Positions 20,288 to 31,329 of a stretch of DNA of 64,000 nucleotides are shown here, piece by piece. The position numbers and the translations under genes are program-made. Source of the DNA: Myxococcales bacterium (GTDB lineage Bacteria; Myxococcota_A; Polyangia; Polyangiales; Polyangiaceae); contig JAYTOU010000051.1 in NCBI GenBank assembly GCA_043747615.1, forward strand, positions 1-64,000, read 5' to 3'. Below the pieces are notes generated by a model. The model did no database searches and was not told the DNA's origin. It saw only the letters and a list, made by a program, of their open reading frames with translations. Every line of letters starts with the position of its first letter. The stretch's first letter is position 1.

Positions 20288-21487
20288 GTGACCCCTGAGC
20301 ACGCGGGACTAGACCAAGAAGCGCTTGGACCAGGCTCCAAGCTGGATCGCTACGAGATCGTCCGTGCCGTCGCCCAAGGCGGGATGGGAGCGGTGTGGCT
20401 CGGGCGCTTGGGCGGCAAACACGGCTTCGAAAAGCTCGTGGCGCTCAAGACGATCCTCCCCGTCTACGCGGCCGATCGTCGCTTCCACGACATGTTCCTC
20501 GACGAGGCCCGCATTTCCCAGCGGCTCGTCCACGCCAACGTCGCTCAGATTCTCGATCTCGGTGAGCACGCGGGCACGACCTTCATCGTGTTCGAGTGGG
20601 TCGAGGGGAGCTCGCTCGAAACGATCTGCCGCACGTGCCAGCTGCGCGACGAACCGTTGCCTCTGACCGTTCTGCTCCGCGTGATCGCGGATGCGTGCGC
20701 AGGCTTGCACGCCGCGCACGAGCTCACCGACGACGCGGGCGAGCCGCTCCAAGTGGTCCATCGAGACGTGACTCCCGACAACGTTCTGGTGAGCGAAGGA
20801 GGGGTCGCGAAAATCATCGATTTCGGCATCGCGAAGGCCCGCGCCCGTCTCGCCGGCGACACACGCAGCGGCCTCGTGAAGGGTACGCCTCAGTACATGG
20901 CTCCGGAGCAAGCCTCGGGAAGCGAAGTAGACCGCCGCGCCGACATCTGGGCGCTCGGGGCCGTCTTCTACCGCGCTCTGTCGGGCGGTCCACCGTTCGC
21001 GAATCGCGACGAAGTGGCATCCTTCATCCTCAACAAAGACCCACTCCGCGAGCTGCCCGCGAGCGTCCCAGAGGACGTACGGGCCATCGTGGCGAAAGCC
21101 ATGCAGCGCTACCCCTCCGACCGGTATGCCACGGCCGATTTGATGCGCGTCGCGCTCGAAGCCGCGATCCGCAAGCACGGCGCGTCCTTTTCGCCGGCGG
21201 AGATCTCGGCATTGCTGAAGAGGCTGGCGCCGCCGAAGAAAACGGCATCCGCGGAGAAGACGACGCAGCCCGACGGAGCGTCCATCGACGAGCGGCCAAC
21301 GGCATCGGCTTTCGCGCTGACGGAGCTCGCAGGAGCGACGGTCAACGCGCCGACCGAGCCAGCGCTGCGTTCGCTTCCACCGCCGAAGACGGATCGTGAG
21401 CGCTGGCTGCGGGTCGTCATCTTCGTTGCCGTGTTCGTCTTCGTGGTCGCGATGATCGCGTTGCTCGTGCCCTCCGCGACGCAGTAG
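20288..21487 (+). CDS. Ser/Thr protein kinase with a C-terminal TM anchor
   Basis: GGMG, VALK, HRDVTPDN, DFGIAK, YMAPE; hydrophobic C-terminus. Confidence 0.95.
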   Translation: MTPEHAGLDQEALGPGSKLDRYEIVRAVAQGGMGAVWLGRLGGKHGFEKLVALKTILPVYAADRRFHDMFLDEARISQRLVHANVAQILDLGEHAGTTFIVFEWVEGSSLETICRTCQLRDEPLPLTVLLRVIADACAGLHAAHELTDDAGEPLQVVHRDVTPDNVLVSEGGVAKIIDFGIAKARARLAGDTRSGLVKGTPQYMAPEQASGSEVDRRADIWALGAVFYRALSGGPPFANRDEVASFILNKDPLRELPASVPEDVRAIVAKAMQRYPSDRYATADLMRVALEAAIRKHGASFSPAEISALLKRLAPPKKTASAEKTTQPDGASIDERPTASAFALTELAGATVNAPTEPALRSLPPPKTDRERWLRVVIFVAVFVFVVAMIALLVPSATQ

Positions 21488-21539
21488 GCGGCTTCGCGCG
21501 GCATGTGCGCGAGCCAAGGTTGCGCATTCGTGCTCACGA

Positions 21540-21623
21540 TGTGCAGCCGATGCACAAGCGATTTGCGCAGCGTTTGCACAACCGCGGGTCGCAGAAACAC
21601 ACGGACTGTGCGAGGTCCGCGCA
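21540..21623. promoter_or_regulatory. Three putative enhancer (EBP-binding) palindromes TGYGCR-N5-YGCRCA
   Basis: TGTGCAgccgaTGCACA (21540-21556, perfect), TGCGCAgcgttTGCACA (21564-21580), TGTGCGaggtcCGCGCA (21607-21623), about 90-175 bp upstream of a sigma54 site. Confidence 0.6.
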
Positions 21624-21713
21624 TAACGTGTTTGCGCGTTTGTTGCCGTTGTTTTGAGCAATTGGCAAGGCGACGCACTCCTCGCCCTCCGTCCATGCCA
21701 GTGGCTGCACCGA

Positions 21714-21729
21714 TGGACCTCGCTTTGCA
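21714..21729 (+). promoter_or_regulatory. Putative sigma54 (-24/-12) promoter
   Basis: TGGACCTCGCTTTGCA has GG and TTGC at the canonical spacing, upstream of a GGAGG RBS and ATG 21801. Confidence 0.65.
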
Positions 21730-21800
21730 CTAGCCACCATCGCGATGGAGCCGGGGCGCGCGGTGCGCTTCGAACCACGCAGACTTTTTGGGAGGTTCGA

Positions 21801-22757
21801 ATGGTCGGTCGCGTTCACTCGGTGCTTACGGGGTTCCTCACGACGGCAGCTAGCTTCGCCCTCATGGCGACCACAGCGTGCAGCGCGGCGCCTGACGGCG
21901 GGAATGTCGATAACGTGACCGCCACCGCAGCGGACAGGACCCACGCCGAGAGCTTCGCCATCCTCAACCAGTGCATCCCGATCAAGGCTTGTGGGAGCGG
22001 GCAAAACTGCGGAACCATCCCCGACGGATGCGGCGGCACCGTGAGTTGCTCCACCGTCGATCACAACGCCGATGGCACCACGACCACCCTCAAGCCCGAC
22101 GGCCACCTCGCCGCGGCGTGCTCGAATTCCCCGATGGACGGCGTCTGCATCCAGAACGTCTGCACGCAGACCAAGTGCAGCACCGACGGGTATTTCCCGG
22201 TGTATGCGCTCAGGCACGTCAACCCGATCAACATCGTCGATCACGACGCCTACACGCGGGCATTCCCGAACACCCTGAACGGCGACGCCGAGCTCCTGGC
22301 GTACGAGCAGCGCGTCTACGGTATCTCGTCCGCGAACGGGTACGAGTACCTCATCGACAACGTCATCACCCCGTGCGCGAAGAATCCGCAAGGCGAAGAG
22401 TGCCGCACTGCCGCCTCGGCGCAAATCTACCTCGTCGGAATCATGGACAGCGCGTACTCCGGCTATGACATGAAAGCGCCCGATGGCTGGGGAGCGGCGC
22501 GCTCTCCCTGGAATCCTGGAATTCCCACCACGAAGCCGCCCGAGTCTGGGCTCCTGACGACGGGCGAGTGGAACCAGCTGCTCGCCATCACAACCGACCC
22601 GAAAAATAAGTTCCCGAACAGCCCTGCGACGGCCGCGGGCAACTCGATCAACTCGTACTACAAGGAGTGCGTCGTCGTCTTCGCCAAGGAAACCAACACG
22701 CCGCTCAACTGGTACTCGGCCGTGGAAGTCCACGACCCCCGCGGCCCGAACTGGTGA
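21801..22757 (+). CDS. Cys-rich lipoprotein of unknown function
   Basis: GGAGG RBS; TTAC lipobox; CGTIPDGCGGTVSC module typical of myxobacterial secreted proteins. Confidence 0.8.
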   Translation: MVGRVHSVLTGFLTTAASFALMATTACSAAPDGGNVDNVTATAADRTHAESFAILNQCIPIKACGSGQNCGTIPDGCGGTVSCSTVDHNADGTTTTLKPDGHLAAACSNSPMDGVCIQNVCTQTKCSTDGYFPVYALRHVNPINIVDHDAYTRAFPNTLNGDAELLAYEQRVYGISSANGYEYLIDNVITPCAKNPQGEECRTAASAQIYLVGIMDSAYSGYDMKAPDGWGAARSPWNPGIPTTKPPESGLLTTGEWNQLLAITTDPKNKFPNSPATAAGNSINSYYKECVVVFAKETNTPLNWYSAVEVHDPRGPNW

Positions 22758-22758
22758 G

Positions 22759-25482
22759 CTAGGGGCAGCGAAGAGCGCCCTTTAGTTTCTTGACGGTCGC
22801 GTCGTACGAGACTCCAGATTCGATCGAGGGCGCCGCGAGCCCTTGGTCGTCCACACCGGAGCACGTCAAGACATAGTCGGAAGGGGACTCACCCGTAGAG
22901 AGGTCGAAGTTGAGGGGCGTCATCGCGCCGACGAGATCGACGTTCTCCCCGCGGCGCAAGGCCTCGACGGCTTCGAAGATGTGAAGCGGTCCCACGTCCA
23001 AGGACTTGCCCGGCGCCACGAGCCGACTCATCGCCCCAGCAAGATCGGGCCCCGTCAGCTTCGCGTCCGACGCCAACACGGCATACGAAAGCAGGTACAT
23101 GGCGTCGTACGTTCCAGCCGGCGTTCCGTTCAAGTCCACCCTGTCCGAGAACGTCTCGTTGAACCGGGTTCGCAGCTGGGCGTTTGCCGCTGTGGCGGAG
23201 GGGGTCTCGAGACCGAAAAAACGAGACCGACGCTCTTTGCTCCCGCTAAGCAAGACCATGACGTCGTTCGCTTCGCCGACCCCCCCAAGGCCCGGAAATA
23301 GGTTGTACGGCTTGAAGGACTCACCGCGGGGCCATCTTGCCTCGAGAGGCGCCAAGATGGGTTTCGTCAGCGCGTCGTTGACGCACAGAATGATGTGGGG
23401 CCGAAACTTCAGGAGCTGGTCGACGATCTGACGCTGCTCTCCATCGCCTGACGATTCTTTCACCACGAGCTCACGAAAGTTGGCGTCGTTCTCGAGCACG
23501 GTCTTTCCGTTAAAGTGCACGCGTTCGAAGAAAGACCCGGCGAAGCTCTGGCCGCTGGCGTCGCCGCTACGAAGAAGAGCGAGCCGAATGGGCGAATCGG
23601 CGCCGACCGAAGGAAGGGCACGAAGGCGCGGCTCCAAGAAGTCGCCGATGACGACGCCAATGGGCGACGCAACATCCGCGGTGCTGATCGCCGTGCGCCA
23701 GACGAGACGCGGAATCCCCGCCGGATGCGGAATCGCCGTGATCAGCGCGCTCACGTTCACGGACGGGATCATCAGAACGCGCTTGGGAATGAAGACCGAC
23801 GTGGCGAGGTCGATGACCTCCTGGCTCGACGCGAAGCCGATGACCGCAGGAACGCGGACATCATCGACGAGGTGATGCGCGATGCCAATCCGCAGATTGT
23901 CCTTCGAGTCGTCGCAGGCGACGATGGCTAGAGGCCGGGGAGGCGCATCACCCGTGAGCGGCGGAATCCCATGGGTCATCTGGACGAAATCGCGGCGAAC
24001 GAGGTCGACGGCGCGAAGCGAGTTGATGCCGCCGGCCGCTGCTTGAGGCCCGGTCGTCGGGAACATCGCGCCGATCCAGATCGTCCGGTCGTTCTCCACG
24101 TCCCCCGGCTCGGCCATCACCTTGCAGTCGGCGCTTTCCAACGCTGCGCACTTCCAGTCGTCTTTTCGGCAAATCCAGGCCGCATTTGCATGGGAATGCA
24201 TGCACTCTGCATTCGTCGTGCATTCCTTGATGACCGCAGCCGCGCTCGCGCTCGTTGGCGGCGCCGCGCCGTGGGACTTCGTTCGGTTGGAAGCAACAGC
24301 CACCGCCGCGCTGGCCGCGAGTGCTGCACCGATCGCTAGGAGCGCGGTTCTCTTCAAGCTCGTGGTGCTCGCGCGCACGCGCCTCGACTCGGTGGTCGTC
24401 GACCCCACCGACTTCGTGTTCTCGAGCACCGGTTCCCCGGCAGTCTCACCGAGGCGCGGGAGATCGACCCCCGTGCGCGCAGCCGTCGCCTCCTTCTTCA
24501 TCTCGGCTTCGATTTCAGCCTTCGCTGCCGCGCGCTGCACGGAGAAGAGCGCGGTCATCGTCTTCGCGAGCTCGCGCTGGCTGCTGCGGAAGCCCTTGCG
24601 AATCCCCGTCGCTTCGAGGTGCTCCTCGAGTGCGGTCTGGAAATCAGCGGCACTCGCGAAGCGGTCGTTCGGATCGATCGCGAGCGCACGCATGCAGATG
24701 GCCTCGAGGTCGGCGGGCACGTCTGCATGAACGCTGCGAGGCGAGGGGATGGCCTGCGTTTGCAGGCGCATGAAGATCTCGAAATCCGTGAGGTCTCCCC
24801 ACAAACGCGTTCCGGTGATCGCCTGCCATAGCATCACGCCGACCGCGAAAATATCCGCGCGATGATCCACTCCCTTTCGCGTGGACTGCTCCGGGGCCAT
24901 GTACGTGGCCTTGCCCTTCACCGCGCCGGTCTGCGTTTCGCTCGACGAATCAGCCGCTTTGGCGATCCCGAAGTCGAGCACCTTCACGTTTCCGTCGTAG
25001 GTCACGAAGACGTTGTGCGGCGACACATCGCGGTGGACGACCTTGAGCGGCTTGCCCTCGAGGTCGGTCGATTCGTGCGCGTAGTGGAGACCACCGAGGG
25101 TCTGGGTGAGGATCCACAGAGCGAGCGACAGCGGCAGTCCGCCCGTCTCGGCGGCCTTGCGGGTAAGGGCTTCGTACGATTGCCCTTCGAGGTATTCCAT
25201 CTCGAGGAAGTAGTGCTTGCCGTCGAAGCCAACCTCGTTCGTCTGGACGATGTTCGGATGAAGGAGGCGCGCCGAGGTCCGGGCCTCGTCGAGAAACATC
25301 TGGAGCGCCCGCTTGTCGGAGGCGAAATCCGGCCGCAGACGCTTGATCACCTTGAGCTTGGCGAAGCCCGCGGGGCCCTGCGCCACCGCGAGGTAGACGA
25401 TGCCCATGCCGCCTCTGCCGAGCTCGAGAAGAAGGCGGACGCTCGACGCGGAGCGTCTCTGAATTTCGGCGGGGTCGTCCAA
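22759..25482 (-). CDS. Ser/Thr kinase fused via TM to a type I periplasmic binding (LivJ-like) domain
   Basis: GRGGMG, HRDVSPHN, DFGIAK, YMAPE; TM; Cys motif; IGAMFP..G, ACDD, VPAVIG, YDAMYLLSYA. Confidence 0.9.
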   Translation of the reverse strand: MDDPAEIQRRSASSVRLLLELGRGGMGIVYLAVAQGPAGFAKLKVIKRLRPDFASDKRALQMFLDEARTSARLLHPNIVQTNEVGFDGKHYFLEMEYLEGQSYEALTRKAAETGGLPLSLALWILTQTLGGLHYAHESTDLEGKPLKVVHRDVSPHNVFVTYDGNVKVLDFGIAKAADSSSETQTGAVKGKATYMAPEQSTRKGVDHRADIFAVGVMLWQAITGTRLWGDLTDFEIFMRLQTQAIPSPRSVHADVPADLEAICMRALAIDPNDRFASAADFQTALEEHLEATGIRKGFRSSQRELAKTMTALFSVQRAAAKAEIEAEMKKEATAARTGVDLPRLGETAGEPVLENTKSVGSTTTESRRVRASTTSLKRTALLAIGAALAASAAVAVASNRTKSHGAAPPTSASAAAVIKECTTNAECMHSHANAAWICRKDDWKCAALESADCKVMAEPGDVENDRTIWIGAMFPTTGPQAAAGGINSLRAVDLVRRDFVQMTHGIPPLTGDAPPRPLAIVACDDSKDNLRIGIAHHLVDDVRVPAVIGFASSQEVIDLATSVFIPKRVLMIPSVNVSALITAIPHPAGIPRLVWRTAISTADVASPIGVVIGDFLEPRLRALPSVGADSPIRLALLRSGDASGQSFAGSFFERVHFNGKTVLENDANFRELVVKESSGDGEQRQIVDQLLKFRPHIILCVNDALTKPILAPLEARWPRGESFKPYNLFPGLGGVGEANDVMVLLSGSKERRSRFFGLETPSATAANAQLRTRFNETFSDRVDLNGTPAGTYDAMYLLSYAVLASDAKLTGPDLAGAMSRLVAPGKSLDVGPLHIFEAVEALRRGENVDLVGAMTPLNFDLSTGESPSDYVLTCSGVDDQGLAAPSIESGVSYDATVKKLKGALRCP

Positions 25483-25576
25483 GCGCTCACCCTATCGTAA
25501 TCGGTAGCCGTCTACGACTCCACCTCTTCAAAGCGCGCGGCTCGACGCTGTTCGCCCGGCGCGGTAAGGCCGTTTC

Positions 25577-25752
25577 ATGTCGCTCGCTCACTACGTCACG
25601 CTCGGTCACTCGGGACGTCCTCGACCGCTACATCGACCGCGGCGGCAATTTTCTCGACACGGCGAACGGCTATACCAAAGGCCACTCCGAGGCGATCATC
25701 GGCGAGCGCCTCGCCCGCGATCCCCAGAAACGAGACCGCGTCGTCATCGCTA
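25577..25752 (+). pseudogene. Aldo/keto reductase remnant
   Basis: MSLAHYVTLGHSG jumps out of frame to VLDRYIDRGGNFLDTANGYTKGHSEAIIG..RDRVVIA and then breaks before the catalytic Lys. Confidence 0.85.
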
Positions 25753-25980
25753 GAGCGTCCCGATGGCCGCGCGCCGCCCGTCGCACGTGGACCGTTACGA
25801 TCATGGTCGCGTCCTCTCCGCTTTTCGTGGAGCCAACGTTGCGTGTGCTCTTGTGATTTCGATTGAAGCGAGATCCAGGGCGGTGCGCGGACGGCCCCTG
25901 GATGGGGGATTCTTGCGCAAGCAAATGCACGCGCAATTCTCGGTAAAAGCACGCTGTGTTTCTTCGGTCTCGTTCGTCAG

Positions 25981-26073
25981 TACGCCTGCAACAACCACGC
26001 GCTCTCCGTCGACATGCACTGCGCGCGCGGTTGTCGGGTGGAGCCGGCGGGCGTCAACGATCGCTGCGACTGA
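25981..26073 (+). pseudogene. Remnant C-terminus of a Cys-rich secreted protein
   Basis: YACNNHALSVDMHCARGCRVEPAGVNDRCD* resembles myxobacterial C..GC.V.P.G.NDRC tails; no clear start. Confidence 0.45.
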
Positions 26074-26124
26074 GCGAAGCCATCGAGCGCTTCACCACCG
26101 GCCGGGCTTCGCCGATTGGCTTCG

Positions 26125-26553
26125 TCAGCCAGCCTTGACGCTGGCCTTCAGCGAGATCGTCGTCCCGGCGAGCGCTTTTGAAACAGGACAACCTTTCTTC
26201 GTTGCCTCCGCGATCTCCCGAAAGCGCGCCGCGTCAACGCCCGCGACCGTGGCCTCGGTCGTCAGCTCGATGGTCGTGATCGCGAAACCGTCACCCGCTT
26301 TGTCGAGGCGCACGTCGGCCGACGTGTGAACGCTCTTTGGCTTGAGACCGGCCTGTTCCAGAGCCATCGTCAGCGCCATCGAGAAGCAGCCCGACAGCGC
26401 CGCTCCGATGAGCTCTTCAGGGTTGCTGTGTGGTTGGCCCTCGAACCGTGACCCGAGCGAGAACGCAGCTTCCGATGCATGGGCGGGCTTCATCGAGCCC
26501 TTGCCGTCCTTCAGTCCGCCGTCCCACTGCGCGCTGCCTTTGCTGATGCCCAT
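26125..26553 (-). CDS. osmC: OsmC-family peroxiredoxin
   Basis: GSAQWDG.LKDGKG, SNPEELIGAA..GCF, GCPVSKAL; AGGAG RBS. Confidence 0.93.
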   Translation of the reverse strand: MGISKGSAQWDGGLKDGKGSMKPAHASEAAFSLGSRFEGQPHSNPEELIGAALSGCFSMALTMALEQAGLKPKSVHTSADVRLDKAGDGFAITTIELTTEATVAGVDAARFREIAEATKKGCPVSKALAGTTISLKASVKAG

Positions 26554-26568
26554 GGTTTTTGCTCCTGA

Positions 26569-26607
26569 CGTTTGGATGATGCGTTTGGATGATGCGTTTG
26601 GAGGACG
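26569..26607. repeat. 13-bp tandem repeat x3 in the osmC leader
   Basis: CGTTTGGATGATG CGTTTGGATGATG CGTTTGGAGGACG, immediately upstream of the RBS. Confidence 0.8.
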
Positions 26608-26774
26608 GTGACTTCGCGCCGCTGCGTTGGTCCGCGGCGCTCCGCTCTCGTGACGCCTGTCTATGTGACGACGTCTCTGTTCTGACAAGCTCCGCCGCAT
26701 CCCTTTGAGTACGCTCGCGGTAGGATCAGATCGCTGGCGTCATGCTCACGCTTGGGGTGTCGCCGCTCTGACAG

Positions 26775-27710
26775 CTAGTCGGCGAGCGATGGCCTGCGGC
26801 GCTGTCCCGGATAGGCTTCACGCAGCGCAGTCGCGACGGCCTGCAGCGTCGGCTCGACGGACGAGTGCTTGCGCCAGATCAAGGCGATCGTCCGGTGCGC
26901 GCCGTGGCCTCCGAGCGGTCGCACGTGAAGTCGCGCGCGTCGCGTTTCGGCGTCTACCGCTAGCGCGGGGATGACGGTGATGCCTGCTCCTCCCGCCACC
27001 ATCTGCACCAGCGTCGAGAGGCTCGTCGCCCGAAATTCGCCCTCGCGCACGCGCGCCGTGCTGCACGCTTCCAGCGCCTGGTCACGAAAGCAGTGCCCTT
27101 CGTCGAGGAGCAGCAGTTCCTCGCCGCGCAATTCTGCCTGCGCGACGGGCGTCTTTTTCGCTGCGAGGGCGTGCCCCCGCGGCATCACGACCACGAACGC
27201 GTCCTTCGCGATCACTTCCCGCACGACATCGCCGACGTCGGCTTCCAGCGCAAGAACGGCGCCCTCCAGGTCTCCATCGCGCAACTTGTGGACGAGCACG
27301 TCGGTCTTTTCCTCGACCCACGCTATGCGCAGGCGCGGCATTTTCTTGCGGAGTGCCGGCGTCGTTGAAGGGAGCAAATACGGGGAGATCGTCGGGATGA
27401 TGCCGAGACGAATCGTGCCCGACAGCGGATCGCTGATCCGGTGCGTGGCATGAACGATCTCGTCGGCTTCGAGGATGAGCCGACGTGCTCTGTCGACGAC
27501 GTCGCGGCCCGCCGCGGTGACCAGCACCTTCCGGTGGCTCCGCTCGAAGAGGCTGACACCGAGCGCGGTCTCCACCTGGGCGAGCTGTGTGCTGAGTGTG
27601 GGTTGCGAGACGTGACAACGCGCCGCCGCGCGGTGAAAAGAAAGCTCGTCAGCGACCGCGACCACGTACTGCAGCTGCCGAAGCGTGAAGGAGTGGGGTG
27701 CCCCGCTCAT
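26775..27710 (-). CDS. oxyR: Hydrogen peroxide-inducible LysR regulator OxyR
   Basis: LysR HTH (FHRAAARCHVSQPTLS), IPTISPYLLP, EGHCFRDQALEAC two-Cys motif, ATSLSTL; divergent from katG. Confidence 0.93.
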   Translation of the reverse strand: MSGAPHSFTLRQLQYVVAVADELSFHRAAARCHVSQPTLSTQLAQVETALGVSLFERSHRKVLVTAAGRDVVDRARRLILEADEIVHATHRISDPLSGTIRLGIIPTISPYLLPSTTPALRKKMPRLRIAWVEEKTDVLVHKLRDGDLEGAVLALEADVGDVVREVIAKDAFVVVMPRGHALAAKKTPVAQAELRGEELLLLDEGHCFRDQALEACSTARVREGEFRATSLSTLVQMVAGGAGITVIPALAVDAETRRARLHVRPLGGHGAHRTIALIWRKHSSVEPTLQAVATALREAYPGQRRRPSLAD

Positions 27711-27735
27711 GGCGTGTGTCTCCTGGGGATCATTG

Positions 27736-27772
27736 ATAGTACTACGCTATCGACAGCATCGAATCAATCGAT
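27736..27772. promoter_or_regulatory. OxyR-binding box
   Basis: ATAG-N7-CTAT-N7-ATCG-N7-CGAT matches the established ATAG-N7-CTAT-N7-ATAG-N7-CTAT pattern, between oxyR and katG. Confidence 0.85.
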
Positions 27773-27819
27773 TGGCTGACTCAGCCGGCGCGCCGTATCT
27801 TGAGCTTCAGCCGCGTTAG

Positions 27820-30081
<2,262 letters not shown>

Positions 30082-30103
30082 CGAGAGACTTCACCCCCCA
30101 TCG

Positions 30104-31255
30104 TCACCAGCCCATCACGCGTCGGATCTCCGCCGCGAGGCTAGCGCCCATGAGCGCGTCGCTGGTGACGTTGGGGTGGCCGTCGCAGCCGCTCCCATTC
30201 TGCCCGGTCAACGCGAAGGCCTCGACCTTTGCATCGCCCGCCGTGTGGGTCGTCGAGACGACCAGCGCGATGTCGTTCCTCACGGCGGCCGTCGCATCGA
30301 TGCAAAGGATCCACGCGCTCGGGTAGTGGCTCCGAACACGCCGGATGAAGGCGACGTACGCATCGATGTACGGCTGGCCAGGATCTCCCTGAGTCGACGA
30401 GTCGTTCGTTCCAAGATTGATGACGACGAGATCGGGGATGAACAGCGAGAAATTCCAAGGCGTTGCCGCAGTCGGTAGCGCGTCATCGTAATAGTAGGGA
30501 AGAGGTTTGGCGGCCGCGCCGACGTCGCCGTAGTTTCGATACATTCCGAGACCAGACCAAGCGACGGTGGACAGCTCGGCTCCAACGCTGCGCGCGGCGA
30601 CCGACCCGTAGGCGAGGTAGTTGTTTTCGGTGTCGTTGCTGTAGCTGCAGCCCGGCGCCCCCTCGTTGCCGTAGCCAACCGTGATCGAGTCGCCGATGAT
30701 CTCGATGCGCCGAGAAAGCGGCGCGGGCGGCGCCAAGAGCGCCCCCGAGGGACCGAAGATCAGGCCGTAGAACTCGCTGAGACCGACCGTGGACTCCGAT
30801 CGCCTCCAGACCTCGAGCTCGTGCGTGCCGCTCGAGAGACCCGACGCGAGCGGGTAGGTTTTTCGCCCCGACGTGGCGACGATCTTCGGGTGCTCCGTGC
30901 CGTCTACGAAGACGGCGAACTCGGTGGCATTCGAGTCGCTCAAATCCATGGCCACGCTGCCGCCGGTGAAGTTGGCGTGAAGGCTCACCCCGGGCCACTC
31001 GAAGCGCGTCCCTGCGTCAGTTCTGTCGACGCGGCCGACGAAACGAACGCTGGGAGCTGCGGGCGCCCCATCGACCGTTGCGTCCACCCCGCTACCGTCC
31101 GTGCCTTCGCTGCCATCCCGAGGCGCGCCCCCGTCGCTGCCTCCGCTTGGGTCCGTCGGCGAGCCCTCCGCAGCGGAGCCGCAGGCGTTGAGCACGAGGA
31201 GCGCGGCCACGAGGAGGGAGCGGCATCGAGAGCCGCGGAAGGTTCGCAGGTGCAC
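30104..31255 (-). CDS. SGNH/GDSL lipoprotein esterase (CE2-like)
   Basis: LNAC lipobox, VRFVGRVD..WPG, IGDSITVGYG, NLGTND, DGHP. Confidence 0.88.
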   Translation of the reverse strand: MHLRTFRGSRCRSLLVAALLVLNACGSAAEGSPTDPSGGSDGGAPRDGSEGTDGSGVDATVDGAPAAPSVRFVGRVDRTDAGTRFEWPGVSLHANFTGGSVAMDLSDSNATEFAVFVDGTEHPKIVATSGRKTYPLASGLSSGTHELEVWRRSESTVGLSEFYGLIFGPSGALLAPPAPLSRRIEIIGDSITVGYGNEGAPGCSYSNDTENNYLAYGSVAARSVGAELSTVAWSGLGMYRNYGDVGAAAKPLPYYYDDALPTAATPWNFSLFIPDLVVINLGTNDSSTQGDPGQPYIDAYVAFIRRVRSHYPSAWILCIDATAAVRNDIALVVSTTHTAGDAKVEAFALTGQNGSGCDGHPNVTSDALMGASLAAEIRRVMGW

Positions 31256-31329
31256 ACCTCGAGCTTACGCGCGCAGCGGAGACTCGGGTACCTTGACGAT
31301 AGTGGACGGAGCGTCCATTAACTAAACCC

